DNA of 52,000 bases from Alphaproteobacteria bacterium (GCA_047631095.1 JBLHZD010000001.1:1-52000), one strand, 5' to 3'; positions 22,326-33,941 are shown, counted from the first letter of the stretch. The notes: generated from the letters alone by a model not told the origin. Numbers and translations are program-made.

Positions 22326-23548
22326 TTTGGTTTGATCGCCAGCGCTGATAAGGGCGCTAAAACAAATCCTTTTTCAGATAATTGGGACAACCAGCGTTTC
22401 AACCGCCGTATTGTGACAGGATATGCCCTACCCATGGCGATGGCGGACTTCTTTGATTTAAGAACGAGATCTATTTCCGAAAGCCTGAAGTCAATCGCGG
22501 CGCTATTTGCGACGGTGTCAATTATACGGTCATTGACGGCGTGCGCCATGCCAATTCCCGCAGCGCCTGCGCCCGCGATGCCCTTGGCGTCGGCGTTTCC
22601 GTCAAGAAACATCAATCCCCGGCGTTTTAATTCAAGCAATATAGGGCGCATGGCCTTTTTGTCGCTGGTGAAACGGCCGCCCAGGATATTCGTCACACCG
22701 ACATAACCGGTGAATCGGCTCATAAGCCAATGTAGTCGGCGGATATTTCTGTCGTCGCCCAATTTAACCAAAAGCCCGTTGGGGCCAGAGTCGCTACGGG
22801 GAAAATCTGTTGATTCCATGGGCGCGTCCAACAGAACTTCGTGGCCGGCGTCGCGCGCGTCCTTAATCCATTTTTCTAGTTCTTTGGCGTAGGGCGCGAA
22901 GGCGAAGGTCACTTCGGGGGGCAGGTCGCGTATTGCGCTTTGCGTCGCGGTGCGCGAAACGCCCAGCCCTGTGAGTACGAATGCGACGCGCGGACGTTGC
23001 TCCAGGACATTGAAGGGGCGCGAATAGACCCGCCACGGCATTCGTCCGCCCTTTCCGATAATCGGAAGAACGCCGACATTTGTCTTTTCGATTAAAGCGG
23101 GGTCGGGGTGCGGGACTAAAACCGTATTGCTCTTTTTTGGCTTGGGGGTCTCGTGAGTTTCGCTTGAATTATCCGGCGCGTCATGAGCCTCGGCTACCGC
23201 TTTTTTGAACGCGCCGGTTTTGGGCGCGGTGACTTGCATGGTCATATTGGGTCGATGCGCGCGAACTTCGTCCATGACGTGGTCCGCCGTTAAATGCAGC
23301 CATAGAAAGATGCCCAGAAATATTCCCGCCGTTAACACCCAGGCGCCTGACAGGGTGATTAACGGCAGGTTTTTCTTGAACTTTTCTTGAAAGGCGGACG
23401 GCTTTAGATAAGCATCTTCGTCAAGGTCATCCACGCCATCGTAGATATCGCTTTCACTTGCGCCGCCATCACGCGCAAACTTGCCCCGCAGCCAACCCGG
23501 TAACGGGATAGACGGAAGGCCGGGAAGAGCCGGAAGTTTAAGCGACAA
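22322..23548 (-). CDS. divergent polysaccharide deacetylase family protein (YibQ-like) with an N-terminal TM anchor
   Basis: VAFVLTGLGVS..PPEVTFAFAPY..ARDAGHEVLLDAPME is present. It occupies the conserved position between ctpA and rppH. Confidence 0.8.
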   Translation of the reverse strand: MSLKLPALPGLPSIPLPGWLRGKFARDGGASESDIYDGVDDLDEDAYLKPSAFQEKFKKNLPLITLSGAWVLTAGIFLGIFLWLHLTADHVMDEVRAHRPNMTMQVTAPKTGAFKKAVAEAHDAPDNSSETHETPKPKKSNTVLVPHPDPALIEKTNVGVLPIIGKGGRMPWRVYSRPFNVLEQRPRVAFVLTGLGVSRTATQSAIRDLPPEVTFAFAPYAKELEKWIKDARDAGHEVLLDAPMESTDFPRSDSGPNGLLVKLGDDRNIRRLHWLMSRFTGYVGVTNILGGRFTSDKKAMRPILLELKRRGLMFLDGNADAKGIAGAGAAGIGMAHAVNDRIIDTVANSAAIDFRLSEIDLVLKSKKSAIAMGRAYPVTIRRLKRWLSQLSEKGFVLAPLSALAIKPK

Positions 23549-23569
23549 ACCTTTCAGGGCGCTACAGTC

Positions 23570-24898
23570 CTAATTTACGACGCGACTGCGATACAGCGAA
23601 ATACCCCGTATCAAATCCAGAGCGCGCGCGAGTTGATAGTCGTCGCGGATCATTATCCCGACTTCCTTCTTCTCCTCTGTTTTCGCCTCGGCCTTGTCCG
23701 CATCTTCCCCGTCGGCCTTCTTCTTTTTCACATCCTGATCGTTCGTCAATGCGCCGTGCAGATCCGCTTCTGAGCGTTTTCGGACGGGTTTAATGGCCTC
23801 GACCTTCGCCTGTTCAACGAGGATATCGGGATCAATGCCCTTGGCCTGAATGGATCGGCCAGAAGGCGTATAATAACGCTGCGTCGTTAGTTTCATCGCA
23901 CCGGACCGGCCCAGCGGGATGATGGTCTGAACAGAGCCTTTCCCAAAGCTGCGCGTACCCATCAAGACCGCCCGACCGTGATCCTGCAAGGCGCCAGCGA
24001 CGATCTCGGAAGCCGACGCAGAACCGCCATTGATAAGAACGACGATGGGCAAACCACCCGCCAGGTCCCCGGCTTTAGCGTGGAAGCGTTGGCCGTTTTC
24101 TGCGGTCCTGCCACGCGTTGAGACAATCTCCCCGCGCTCCAGAAATGAGTCGGACACTGCAACCGCTTGATCCAGAAGACCACCGGGATTGTTCCGTAAA
24201 TCCAGGACGTAGCCTTTGAGCTTGTCGCCGGTGGCTTCTCGAATTTTCTCGACCCGTTCGCGCAATCCTGAATTTGTCTGTGCGCTGAAACTCGTAATGC
24301 GGATATATCCGATGTCCTCGTCATTTCGGGACCGGACTGACTTGATTTTGATTTTGTCGCGGATAATTTCGACGTCAAAGGGCTCTGTACCTTTGCGGCG
24401 AATTGACAGTTTTATCGCCTCGCCAACTTTGCCGCGCATCCGCTCCACGGCTTTGCTCAAGGTCAAACCCTGCACCGCTTTTCCGTCGAGATGGGTAACG
24501 TAATCGCCTGCCTGAACGCCCGCCCGAAACGCCGGGGTATCGTCAATTGGCGAGACGACCTTAACGAACCCGTCTTCCATGGTGACTTCGATGCCAAGGC
24601 CGCCAAATTCGCCTTTGGTCTGAACCTGCATATCCTTGAAGTGCTTTTTGTTAAGAAAGCTCGAATGAGGATCCAGGCTCGATAACATGCCTTGGATCGC
24701 CGCTTCGACAAGCTCTTCATCGGAAGTTTCTTCGACATAGTCGCCGCGCACACGCTCAAAGACATCGCCGAAGAGTTCCAGCAATTGATAAATTTCTGAT
24801 TTATCCTGTGATGTCGCCGCCCAAGCAGTGGGCGCCGTCGCCATTGCGCAGGAAATTACGCCCGCGATTACCATGCTCTTTAAATTAAATCGTTTCAT
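23570..24898 (-). CDS. ctpA: S41 carboxy-terminal processing peptidase
   Basis: It has a PDZ region, the catalytic motif GGSASASEIVAGALQD and the motif FGKGSVQ. I prefer the start at ATG 24898 (MKRFNLKSMVIAG.., a signal peptide). That ATG overlaps the upstream TGA as ATGA. Confidence 0.9.
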   Translation of the reverse strand: MKRFNLKSMVIAGVISCAMATAPTAWAATSQDKSEIYQLLELFGDVFERVRGDYVEETSDEELVEAAIQGMLSSLDPHSSFLNKKHFKDMQVQTKGEFGGLGIEVTMEDGFVKVVSPIDDTPAFRAGVQAGDYVTHLDGKAVQGLTLSKAVERMRGKVGEAIKLSIRRKGTEPFDVEIIRDKIKIKSVRSRNDEDIGYIRITSFSAQTNSGLRERVEKIREATGDKLKGYVLDLRNNPGGLLDQAVAVSDSFLERGEIVSTRGRTAENGQRFHAKAGDLAGGLPIVVLINGGSASASEIVAGALQDHGRAVLMGTRSFGKGSVQTIIPLGRSGAMKLTTQRYYTPSGRSIQAKGIDPDILVEQAKVEAIKPVRKRSEADLHGALTNDQDVKKKKADGEDADKAEAKTEEKKEVGIMIRDDYQLARALDLIRGISLYRSRVVN

Positions 24899-26193
24899 CC
24901 ACGCACCTTTCCGGTTCGCGCCACAATCCACGGCGCCGGATTTATCGGCTGGCCATTGTGACGTAGTTCAACATAAAGCGTCGGTTTTCCTTGGCTACGC
25001 GCCGCCAATACACCAACGGGTTCACCCGCCAGGAGCCATTGGCCGACCGTTGCATCAATTCGCGATAATCCAGCAAGAACTGTATGATATCCGCCCCGGT
25101 GCTCGATTATCAAGATTTGCCCATAATTTCGAAACGGCCCTGAAAACACCACCTTGCCGTCAAATGGCGCGATGACCTGTCCATCCCGTCGGCCTTGCAG
25201 CTGAATGCCGTTCAAGGTGTTGCCAAATTGCGTGCGGTCGCCAAACCGTCCCACCAGCCGACCGATAATCGGCGTCGTCAAAGGGCCTTTATCAGGGAAG
25301 GTGCGCAGGCCGCGCGGCATTTTCGGTGCAGATAATGCGACTGAGGCGGTCGGTGCGCTTGTTGTCGCACCGTCAGGTGAGGTGGCGGGCGCCACGGAAC
25401 CGGACAGAGGCTTTTTTGCAATTGTTTCCCGAGCGGCGTTAAGGCGCGCAACGAGGTCGCGTAGGTTTTTCGCCTTGCGGGTCAGGCGTTTCATAGCGCC
25501 ACGAACTTTTGCACGCTGTGCTTCTGTTTTGCGTTGCAGGGCTCGTTTTTTGGTTAACAGCGAGCGCAGACGTTTGCGTTCCTGCCCCAGAGAATCGTCT
25601 GCCTTACGCAGACGGCCGACTTTACCCTCAATATCGCGTTTTACCCGGGCCAAATTTTCAATTTCCGCCGCAAGGTCGTGCGCTCTATCTTTCAATTGCG
25701 GGATCGCGATCCGTAGCAGCATCGCGCTCCGGACGTTATCAATAGGCTTGCCTGGGGTGAATAAAAGCACTTCCGGCCTGGTCCGGGATAGCCGCCCTAG
25801 GGCGTTCATCGTACCGGCATAATTATGACGTTGCGCTGACAGCGCTTTTTGGCGACGTTGGGCGTCGGTCTCAAGTTCGACAAGTTGTGTTTCCAGCTGG
25901 CTTAAAATCGCCTCGCGTTCCTGGGTCGTCCGCGCGGAGTTGATCATTTTTCGGCGTAACGACGCGGCGTCTCGCGCAAGTTCCCGTTTTCGTTGGTCGA
26001 GGGCGGATTTTTGCGATTGCGCTTTCTCCAGTTTTTTCTGGATCGTCTCTAGCGCGGGGGATTTATCGGTCGCGTTTTTTGTTGCGGCGGTGGCCTCGGC
26101 TCCCACGCCGGTCAGACCAGCGAGAACGGCAATTGCCAGACAGGCCTTCCACCAACGCTCAGGGCGTCTACTCCGCAGCACGTGAGCCTTCAA
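24895..26193 (-). CDS. murein hydrolase activator EnvC-like / M23 (LytM) peptidase family protein
   Basis: It has a signal peptide, a long coiled-coil (Q/R/K/L/E-rich) and a C-terminal LytM domain ..GIQLQGRRDGQVIAPFDGKVVFSGPFRNYGQILIIEHRGGYHTVLAGL. Confidence 0.85.
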   Translation of the reverse strand: MKAHVLRSRRPERWWKACLAIAVLAGLTGVGAEATAATKNATDKSPALETIQKKLEKAQSQKSALDQRKRELARDAASLRRKMINSARTTQEREAILSQLETQLVELETDAQRRQKALSAQRHNYAGTMNALGRLSRTRPEVLLFTPGKPIDNVRSAMLLRIAIPQLKDRAHDLAAEIENLARVKRDIEGKVGRLRKADDSLGQERKRLRSLLTKKRALQRKTEAQRAKVRGAMKRLTRKAKNLRDLVARLNAARETIAKKPLSGSVAPATSPDGATTSAPTASVALSAPKMPRGLRTFPDKGPLTTPIIGRLVGRFGDRTQFGNTLNGIQLQGRRDGQVIAPFDGKVVFSGPFRNYGQILIIEHRGGYHTVLAGLSRIDATVGQWLLAGEPVGVLAARSQGKPTLYVELRHNGQPINPAPWIVARTGKVRG

Positions 26194-27727
26194 TCGGCGA
26201 TATCAGGGAACGTCCCGTCATCTCCGTTGGTTTGTCGACGCCAAGAAGCGACAACAGGGTTGGGGCGATATCGGATAAAGCGCCATCCGACAAGATCGCT
26301 GCGCTTGCCTTCCGATTAAACAGAATGACGGGCACTTTGTTCAACGTGTGCGCGGTGTGAACTTGCCCGGTATTGGGGTCCCGCATCATTTCCGCGTTGC
26401 CGTGATCGGCGGTGACAATCATGACGCCGTCTGCGGTGGCCACAGCGTCGCACAATTGACCCAGACAAGCGTCAACGGCTTCCACCGCGTGCGTCGCCGC
26501 ACTTAGATCGCCGGTGTGCCCCACCATATCGGTGTTGGCGTAATTGACGACGAGGAAATCATACGCGCCGGAATTGAGCGCCGCGACAAGTTTATCCGTT
26601 ACAAGAGGCGCCGACATTTCCGGTTTTAAATCATAAGTCGCAACATCGGGCGAGGGGACCAGAATACGGGTCTCGCCTTCAAATTCTGTTTCTACGCCGC
26701 CATTGAAGAAAAAAGTGACATGGGCGTATTTTTCCGTCTCCGCGATACGCAATTGCTTAAAGCCGGACTCTGCGATGATGGCGCCGATGACATTTGTGAG
26801 TTCGATTGATGGGAACAAGGTGTCGAAATAGGCGTCCAGGGCATCTGAATACGACGTCATACCAAGCGATGCGGCGAAGTTTACGGTTTTGGATCGCTCG
26901 AATCCGTCAAAGCCGGGATCAACGAACGCACCGAGAATTTCCCGTGCGCGGTCGGCGCGGAAATTCGCCATGAACAGGCCATCGCCGTCATTCATACCGG
27001 CGTAGCCGCCAATCGTGGCGGGCGGCGCGAATTCATCGGTTTTACCGTTTTTGTAAGCGGCCTCTATCGCGTCTACCGCACTCGTCGCAATCTCGCCGTC
27101 GCCGGACATGATTAAATCATAGGCCTGTACGACGCGGTCCCAACGATTGTCGCGATCCAACGCGAAATAACGACCGGTAATCGTTCCGATGCGCGCGCGC
27201 GGTGCGGCGGCTTCAAAGGTTTTCAGGTATTCCAACGCGCTGGAAGGCGGCGTGTCCCGGCCATCCAGAAAGGCGTGGACGATAACGGTTACGCCTGCAT
27301 CGGCCAGAATGTTTGCGAGGGCGGCGATGTGATCTTGATGGGAATGCACCCCGCCCGGCGACATCAGGCCTAACAGGTGTGCGGCGCCGCCGCTGGCCTT
27401 AAGCGTGTCGATAAACTTTATAAGCGCTGAATTTTTCGCGAGTGACCCATCAGCCAGCGCTTCGTCGATACGCGGAAGGTCCTGTTTCACGATACGCCCG
27501 GCGCCGATATTCGTATGGCCGACCTCAGAATTTCCCATTTGTCCCCGGGGCAACCCGACATGGGACTCCGAAGCCTCCAATTGGGCATGGGGGCAGGTGG
27601 CGTTCAAATCGTCCCAAACGGGGGTATTGGCGTGGGCGATTGCGTTATCAGCGCGCTCGCGACGCTCGCCCCAGCCATCGAGGATACACAGAACAACCGG
27701 GCCGGTGTTTTTCAAGCTCTTACTCAT
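26168..27727 (-). CDS. gpmI: 2,3-bisphosphoglycerate-independent phosphoglycerate mutase
   Basis: 519 aa, with LDGWGER, NSEVGHTNIGAGR and TADHGNAEMM. Confidence 0.95.
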   Translation of the reverse strand: MSKSLKNTGPVVLCILDGWGERRERADNAIAHANTPVWDDLNATCPHAQLEASESHVGLPRGQMGNSEVGHTNIGAGRIVKQDLPRIDEALADGSLAKNSALIKFIDTLKASGGAAHLLGLMSPGGVHSHQDHIAALANILADAGVTVIVHAFLDGRDTPPSSALEYLKTFEAAAPRARIGTITGRYFALDRDNRWDRVVQAYDLIMSGDGEIATSAVDAIEAAYKNGKTDEFAPPATIGGYAGMNDGDGLFMANFRADRAREILGAFVDPGFDGFERSKTVNFAASLGMTSYSDALDAYFDTLFPSIELTNVIGAIIAESGFKQLRIAETEKYAHVTFFFNGGVETEFEGETRILVPSPDVATYDLKPEMSAPLVTDKLVAALNSGAYDFLVVNYANTDMVGHTGDLSAATHAVEAVDACLGQLCDAVATADGVMIVTADHGNAEMMRDPNTGQVHTAHTLNKVPVILFNRKASAAILSDGALSDIAPTLLSLLGVDKPTEMTGRSLISPIEGSRAAE

Positions 27728-27807
27728 GCAGGATATATAGGCGATTTCAGCCGTTTGGAACAGAGGTCACACGGGTAAACATTCCGTCAGATTAACCATT
27801 TTGTGGA

Positions 27808-28305
27808 TTAATCCCGGTGATAAGGGTGACCGGCGTTAATTTGCTGGGCGCGGTACAGCTGTTCGGCCAGCAAGCCGCGCACCATGAGGTGGGGCCAGGT
27901 CATGGCGCCGAGCGACAAGGTGTAATGCGCACTGTTTCGCACGTGATCATTCAACCCATCTGCGCCACCGATTAAAAAGGCGATTTCGCGAACGCCGTCA
28001 TCGCGCCAACGCGCCAATCGCTGGGCGAAAGCGCGGCTGTTGGGCGTATCGCCCCGTTCATCTAGCGCGACGATGATCTCCGCTTGCGCGGCGGCGGCCA
28101 GCAACATCTCCCCTTCGCTCGCTGTAAGGCGCGCGGGGGCGAGCTTTTGTCGGATATCGATTTCTTGGAGCGTCAGAGAGGGGCGTAGCCGCGCCGTATA
28201 GGCGTCAAATAAAGCCTGTTCCGCACCTTTTCGCATTCGGCCGACCGCACAGAGACGAATTTGCACTTCCTGGCGACTCCGTTCACGGCTATCCAGCCGC
28301 GTCAC
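27808..28305 (-). CDS. rlmH: 23S rRNA (pseudouridine1915-N3)-methyltransferase
   Basis: It has a SPOUT fold, with IRLCAVGRMRKG near the N-terminus and IAFLIGGADGL. The conserved rlmH-rsfS-nadD neighbourhood is present. Confidence 0.9.
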   Translation of the reverse strand: MTRLDSRERSRQEVQIRLCAVGRMRKGAEQALFDAYTARLRPSLTLQEIDIRQKLAPARLTASEGEMLLAAAAQAEIIVALDERGDTPNSRAFAQRLARWRDDGVREIAFLIGGADGLNDHVRNSAHYTLSLGAMTWPHLMVRGLLAEQLYRAQQINAGHPYHRD

Positions 28306-28313
28306 AATTCAGT

Positions 28314-28751
28314 CTAGGCGATCTGAATTGTGGCGCTGTTGGCCTCGAGGGTGGTCTGGCTCCACAATTTTTCCAGATTGTAAAAGTCGCGAACTTCCGG
28401 GCGGAACAAATGCACGATTACATCGCCTGCATCGATCAGCACCCAATCATTGTTCGTTTGACCTTCCGTTGCGATTCCACGAAGGCCGGTTTCCTTTAGT
28501 TTCCGGGAAATATGATCAGCCATCGCGCTGACCTGACGGGTCGATTGTCCTGTTGCAATCACCATAAAATCAGCGATGCTCGTTTTGCCGGACAAATCGA
28601 CGATTACGATATCCGTCGCCTGATCGTCATCCAATGAAGTCTCAATGAGACTCAAGGTGTCTTTTGGCGAGGGTCGTTTTGATTGAAGAGCCGCTATGGC
28701 CTCATCCTCTTTGTAGTTTCGACTTGTTGTTTCCATTTGGGGCGTTCCCAT
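28314..28751 (-). CDS. rsfS: ribosome silencing factor
   Basis: DIVIVDLSGKTSIADFMVIATGQSTRQV..DWVLIDAGDVIVHLF..YNLEKLW is present. The start is uncertain because the longest ORF overlaps nadD by 50 nt. Alternatives are ATG 28736 or TTG 28655. Confidence 0.88.
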   Translation of the reverse strand: MGTPQMETTSRNYKEDEAIAALQSKRPSPKDTLSLIETSLDDDQATDIVIVDLSGKTSIADFMVIATGQSTRQVSAMADHISRKLKETGLRGIATEGQTNNDWVLIDAGDVIVHLFRPEVRDFYNLEKLWSQTTLEANSATIQIA

Positions 28752-29382
28752 GTTGGGTTGTCCCCGCTTGTGCGCTTTGTATCACGCGATTGTTTCGTAT
28801 TTCGGTTGCGGACGCTGAATGTAACCTAATATGCATAAAGGCCCAAACTGGCGCGTTCCGCGTCGCCAACTGAGCGAATCCGCGTTCGCGAATTCTGGAC
28901 CGCCGGTAGCGATGCGCGACGTTTCCCGCTAACGCCTGCAAAGAATAAGGGCGACGCGCAAAAACCGCAACCGGGACCATTTCAAACACCTTTGTCCAGG
29001 CGCGCCATTTCGGCATCTGCTCCAGATTATCGGCGCCCATCAACCAGACAAACCGGGTGGTGGGGCATCGCAGACGCAACGCGCGAATCGTATCGACCGT
29101 ATACTGCGTTCCCAATCTGAATTCAATATCCGTAACATGAATATTACGCCGCTGTGCGGTTGACCGGGCGTCTCGCAAACGTGTTTCAAGGCTGGCCATG
29201 CCTGTGCTCGATTTGAGCGGGTTTTGCGGCGACACCATCCACCAGACTTCATCGAGCCGAAGGCGGGTCAGGGCGGTCTCGCTGATATGCAGGTGTCCGT
29301 CATGGGCCGGGTTAAAAGATCCCCCCAATAAACCGATGCGGCGCCCTGACAGGCGCGATAATTCGGAATAGACACGACGCAT
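28702..29382 (-). CDS. nadD: nicotinate-nucleotide adenylyltransferase
   Basis: IGLLGGSFNPAHDGHLHI (the HxGH motif) is present, with the conserved context. Confidence 0.88.
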   Translation of the reverse strand: MRRVYSELSRLSGRRIGLLGGSFNPAHDGHLHISETALTRLRLDEVWWMVSPQNPLKSSTGMASLETRLRDARSTAQRRNIHVTDIEFRLGTQYTVDTIRALRLRCPTTRFVWLMGADNLEQMPKWRAWTKVFEMVPVAVFARRPYSLQALAGNVAHRYRRSRIRERGFAQLATRNAPVWAFMHIRLHSASATEIRNNRVIQSAQAGTTQHGNAPNGNNKSKLQRG

Positions 29383-29411
29383 GATGATATAATACCCGCT
29401 GTGGATAGCTG

Positions 29412-30731
29412 TCAGGGCCGAACTTGGCCGGACCCTCGAACAACATATTTATAGGTCGTCAGTTTCTCTGCGCCAACCGGCCCTCTGGCGTGCAGTTTTC
29501 CGGTTGAAATACCAATTTCCGCGCCCATGCCGAATTCTCCGCCATCGGCGAATTGGGTCGAGGCGTTGTGCATGACAATGGCGCTGTCGACCTCGTTCAG
29601 AAAAAAATCAGCGGCGGCGTCATCTTCGGTGACGATGGAATCAGTGTGTTCTGATCCGTGGTGATTAATATGCGCCACCGCGTCTTCGACGCCGTCCACG
29701 ACTTTTACGGCGATGATGGCGTCCAAATATTCGGCGTCCCAATCCTCATCGCTGGCGGGCGTAATGCGCGCATCGATGCCTTGTGCGGCGGCGTCGCCCC
29801 GCACGGCGCAGCCTTTTTCGCTCAGGGCGTCGACAATGCCTGAAAGCTGAGCGTCGGCGATGGATTTATCGATCAACAAGGTCTCCGCCGCGCCGCAAAT
29901 GCCTGTGCGTCGCATCTTGGCGTTAACGGTGATGTCGCGCGCCATGTCCGGGTCGGCGGCGCGATCCACATAGATATGACAAACGCCCTCAAGATGCGCG
30001 ATGATCGGAATTTTGGTCTCCGCCATTACCCGCTCGATCAGCGATCGCCCGCCACGCGGCACGATAATGTCGATCAGCCCAGAAGCCTGGAGCATGGCGC
30101 CGACGGCGGCGCGGTCTCGGGTGCCGATGGCTTGGATGCAGTCGCCGGGCAGGCCCACGGCTTCCAAGCCCTGGCGCAGGCATTCGCCGATCAATCCCGA
30201 TGAATGCACACTTTCCGACCCGCCGCGCAATACGGTGGCGTTGCCGGATTTCAGGCATAGCCCGCCAGCGTCCGCCGTGACGTTGGGGCGCGATTCATAA
30301 ATGATTCCGATGACACCCAGCGGCACGCGAACGCGTTGAAACTGCAAACCATTTGGTTGCGCCCATTCGGCCAACACGGTGCCGATGGGGTTGGGCAAGT
30401 TCGCGACAGCCTCCAACCCCTTCGCCATGGCCTCGATCCGATCCGGGGTCAGGGTCAGCCGGTCAATCATCGCCGCGCTCAATACCTTGGCGCGGCCAAA
30501 TTCAACGTCCTTTGCGTTCGCCGCCAAAATTTCATCGCGCCGGGTGCGGATAATAGCGGCGGCTTTGCGCAAGGCGGCGTCGCGGGCCTCGCCACCGGCG
30601 CGCGCCAAAATTCGCCCCGCGCGCTTGGCGGCGGCGGCGAGGCGGTGGACGTCCTCAGTTATATTTTTGGTGACATCTTTGGCGGCTTCTTCGGCGACGG
30701 CTTCTGTGGTTTGTGCGCTCGTGGCGGTCAT
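29412..30731 (-). CDS. proA: glutamate-5-semialdehyde dehydrogenase
   Basis: 439 aa of the ALDH-like fold, with ..IYESRPNVT.. and the catalytic Cys context [12 protein letters not shown]. Confidence 0.95.
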   Translation of the reverse strand: MTATSAQTTEAVAEEAAKDVTKNITEDVHRLAAAAKRAGRILARAGGEARDAALRKAAAIIRTRRDEILAANAKDVEFGRAKVLSAAMIDRLTLTPDRIEAMAKGLEAVANLPNPIGTVLAEWAQPNGLQFQRVRVPLGVIGIIYESRPNVTADAGGLCLKSGNATVLRGGSESVHSSGLIGECLRQGLEAVGLPGDCIQAIGTRDRAAVGAMLQASGLIDIIVPRGGRSLIERVMAETKIPIIAHLEGVCHIYVDRAADPDMARDITVNAKMRRTGICGAAETLLIDKSIADAQLSGIVDALSEKGCAVRGDAAAQGIDARITPASDEDWDAEYLDAIIAVKVVDGVEDAVAHINHHGSEHTDSIVTEDDAAADFFLNEVDSAIVMHNASTQFADGGEFGMGAEIGISTGKLHARGPVGAEKLTTYKYVVRGSGQVRP

Positions 30732-30791
30732 GTTTCTGTTTCCTTCATCGTCGACATATCCAAAGTCGTTTGATCACCGGATAATCGTCGG

Positions 30792-31949
30792 TTAATCCAG
30801 TACCAAATCATCGCGATGGATCATTTCATCGCGACCACGATACCCAAGTAATTGGTGGATTTCACCCGTCTTGTGACCGGCGATTCGTACAGCATCCTGA
30901 CTGGAATAGGCGGACAATCCCCGCCCGAGAAGGCGAGAGGCGCCACTTTCATCCAAAACCTTGATAGAGACTGTGTCGCCGCGTTCAAATTCGCCCGTGA
31001 CCGAGGTAACGCCAGCGGGCAATAAACTGCGTCCTTTGCGCAACGCGGCCTCGGCGCCGGGATCGACGATCAAGGCGCCGACTGTATTGAGCGCCCCGCC
31101 AATCCATTGTTTTCGTGCGGTGCGCGGTTCGGAATTTGGTAAAAACCATGTACAGCGTTCGCCTTCAACGAGGCGTTGCAAGGGATGGTCGGACGCGCCG
31201 TTTGCAATCGCCATGCGGCACCCACCGGCAAGTGCGATTTTGGCGCCCTGTAATTTGGTCACCATGCCGCCGGACGAATATCCCGCCGGGGCCGCGCCCG
31301 CCATGGCTTCGATGCGGGAATCGAGATTGTGGATTTCCGCGATGTGGGTGGCGTCCGGGGTGTCGCGCGGATCAGAATCGTAAAGCCCGTCGATGTCTGA
31401 AAGCAGCAACAGGGTGTCGGCGCTGATCATGACGGCGACGCGGGCCGCCAGACGGTCGTTGTCGCCAAATCGAATTTCCTGCGTGGCGACGGTGTCGTTC
31501 TCATTGATGATCGGTACGGCGTTCAACGCCAGCAATTGGTTGATTGTGCTGCGTGCATTGAGATGGCGTCGGCGCTCTTCCGTATCGTCCAGCGTCAATA
31601 AAATTTGCGCGACTCTGACGCCGTGGCGGCCCATGGCTTCTTCAAAGGCGTGCGCCAGTTGCACTTGCCCGGTTGCGGCGGCGGCCTGTTTTTCCTCCAG
31701 CCGCAGCGCGCGGCCTTTTAATCCAAGTCTTTCGCGCCCGATCGCGATCGCGCCGGAAGACACGACAATGACATCCTGCTCCCGTTCCCGACACGCCATG
31801 ATGTCGTCCGCAACGGAGTTCAGCCAATCCCGACGCACTGCGCCGGTTTTGCTGTCGATCAGCAACGCGGATCCGATTTTGATGACCAGACGCTTTGCCG
31901 TGGCGATTGTGTGTGTGGCCGTACTTGACGTGTTGAGATCTACAGACAT
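30792..31949 (-). CDS. proB: glutamate 5-kinase
   Basis: 385 aa. It has an amino-acid kinase domain (RLVIKIGSALL, VVSSGAIA) and a C-terminal PUA domain. Confidence 0.95.
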   Translation of the reverse strand: MSVDLNTSSTATHTIATAKRLVIKIGSALLIDSKTGAVRRDWLNSVADDIMACREREQDVIVVSSGAIAIGRERLGLKGRALRLEEKQAAAATGQVQLAHAFEEAMGRHGVRVAQILLTLDDTEERRRHLNARSTINQLLALNAVPIINENDTVATQEIRFGDNDRLAARVAVMISADTLLLLSDIDGLYDSDPRDTPDATHIAEIHNLDSRIEAMAGAAPAGYSSGGMVTKLQGAKIALAGGCRMAIANGASDHPLQRLVEGERCTWFLPNSEPRTARKQWIGGALNTVGALIVDPGAEAALRKGRSLLPAGVTSVTGEFERGDTVSIKVLDESGASRLLGRGLSAYSSQDAVRIAGHKTGEIHQLLGYRGRDEMIHRDDLVLD

Positions 31950-31962
31950 GAGATCATGCGCC

Positions 31963-33018
<1,056 letters not shown>

Positions 33019-33053
33019 TCAGCTTTTGTTAAAATCGTATCTGTTCAAGGCCA

Positions 33054-33084
33054 TAAAAAAAGGGGAATGGCTAGCCATTCCCCC
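33054..33084 (-). terminator. rho-independent terminator/attenuator between rpmA and obgE
   Basis: The minus strand reads ggggaatggc-ta-gccattcccc, a perfect 10-bp palindromic stem. It is followed by ttttttt and lies 25 nt after the rpmA stop. Confidence 0.65.
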
Positions 33085-33109
33085 GGAAAATTCAGCACAC
33101 CGGGCTGAC

Positions 33110-33364
33110 CTAGGCCGGCGGCACGATCGAAACAGTTGTCCGCAACCGGGTCTTGTGGAATTGCACATTGCCATCGGTCAAGGCGAACAGCGTGTGATCT
33201 CTGCCCATACCAACATTGTCGCCGGGATGCACTTTGGTGCCGCGCTGGCGAATGATGATATTGCCGGGTACGACAACTTCGCCGCCATATTTTTTGACGC
33301 CTAGACGGCGTCCTGCGGTATCGCGACCGTTTCGTGAACTACCACCAGCTTTTTTATGCGCCAT
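33110..33364 (-). CDS. rpmA: 50S ribosomal protein L27
   Basis: 84 aa, starting [24 protein letters not shown]. Confidence 0.97.
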   Translation of the reverse strand: MAHKKAGGSSRNGRDTAGRRLGVKKYGGEVVVPGNIIIRQRGTKVHPGDNVGMGRDHTLFALTDGNVQFHKTRLRTTVSIVPPA

Positions 33365-33370
33365 TTCTGA

Positions 33371-33799
33371 CTACTCCTCGGTCTTTTTCGTTGTCTCTGC
33401 GGGGGTGTCCGACGCGGCATCCGTTTGGGCTGCGGCGGGTTCTTCAGCTTTCGCGGCCTTCTTCTTCGGCGCGGCTTTCTTTTTCGCGCCGGTCAGAATG
33501 TCAGTGATCTGCAGTATTGTAATGTCCTGGCGATGACCGTTTTTGCGGCGGTAGTTTTTCCGACGCTTTTTCTTGAAAACGATAATCTTCTTGTCGCGTT
33601 TCTGGTCCAGGACCGTCGCCGTTACGGAAGCGCCCTTCACCAGCGGCGCGCCGACGGTCTGACCTTCGTCGTCGCCGACAAGCAACACTTCGTCAAGGTT
33701 TACGCTCGCGCCGGTTTCACCAACGATTTTTTCGATGACGATTTTATCGTCTTTGGCGACTTTATATTGTTTGCCGCCGGTCTTGATTACTGCGTACAT
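33371..33799 (-). CDS. rplU: 50S ribosomal protein L21 with a ~39-aa Lys/Ala-rich C-terminal extension
   Basis: It starts [14 protein letters not shown]. The core ends at about ..LQITDILTG, and the tail is [17 protein letters not shown]... Confidence 0.95.
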   Translation of the reverse strand: MYAVIKTGGKQYKVAKDDKIVIEKIVGETGASVNLDEVLLVGDDEGQTVGAPLVKGASVTATVLDQKRDKKIIVFKKKRRKNYRRKNGHRQDITILQITDILTGAKKKAAPKKKAAKAEEPAAAQTDAASDTPAETTKKTEE

Positions 33800-33913
33800 G
33801 GCTGGTTCTTTATTTTACGAGGTTTCCAGATCGAGTTCATAACCATCAATCGATTGTTCAATTAGCGGCGCGCGCCTAACAGCGAGCTGAACCCGATCCC
33901 CAAAGCGTGCCGC

Positions 33914-33941
33914 ACTATACTCATGCGTCTTTTCAAGTCAA
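33914..33941 (-). promoter_or_regulatory. candidate sigma70 promoter of the rplU-rpmA(-obgE) operon
   Basis: The minus strand reads TTGACT-N16-TATAGT. The -35 is at 33941-33936 and the -10 at 33919-33914, which leaves a 5' UTR of about 105-110 nt. Confidence 0.45.

Noticed and set aside
25205-25822. 205-aa ORF antisense to the envC-like gene
   Set aside because: It is an Arg/Ser-rich shadow ORF with no motif.
33371-33490. Lys/Ala-rich C-terminal extension of L21
   Set aside because: My recollection is that extended bL21 proteins are common in Alphaproteobacteria, so this is probably lineage-typical. It is noted only as context for the Mdh and PPK2 tails.
33800-33913. Possible ribosomal-protein leader RNA upstream of rplU (contains the palindromes GGCGCGCGCC and CAATCGATTG)
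   Set aside because: I cannot match it to any leader family I know from sequence alone. Short GC palindromes are expected by chance in this composition.
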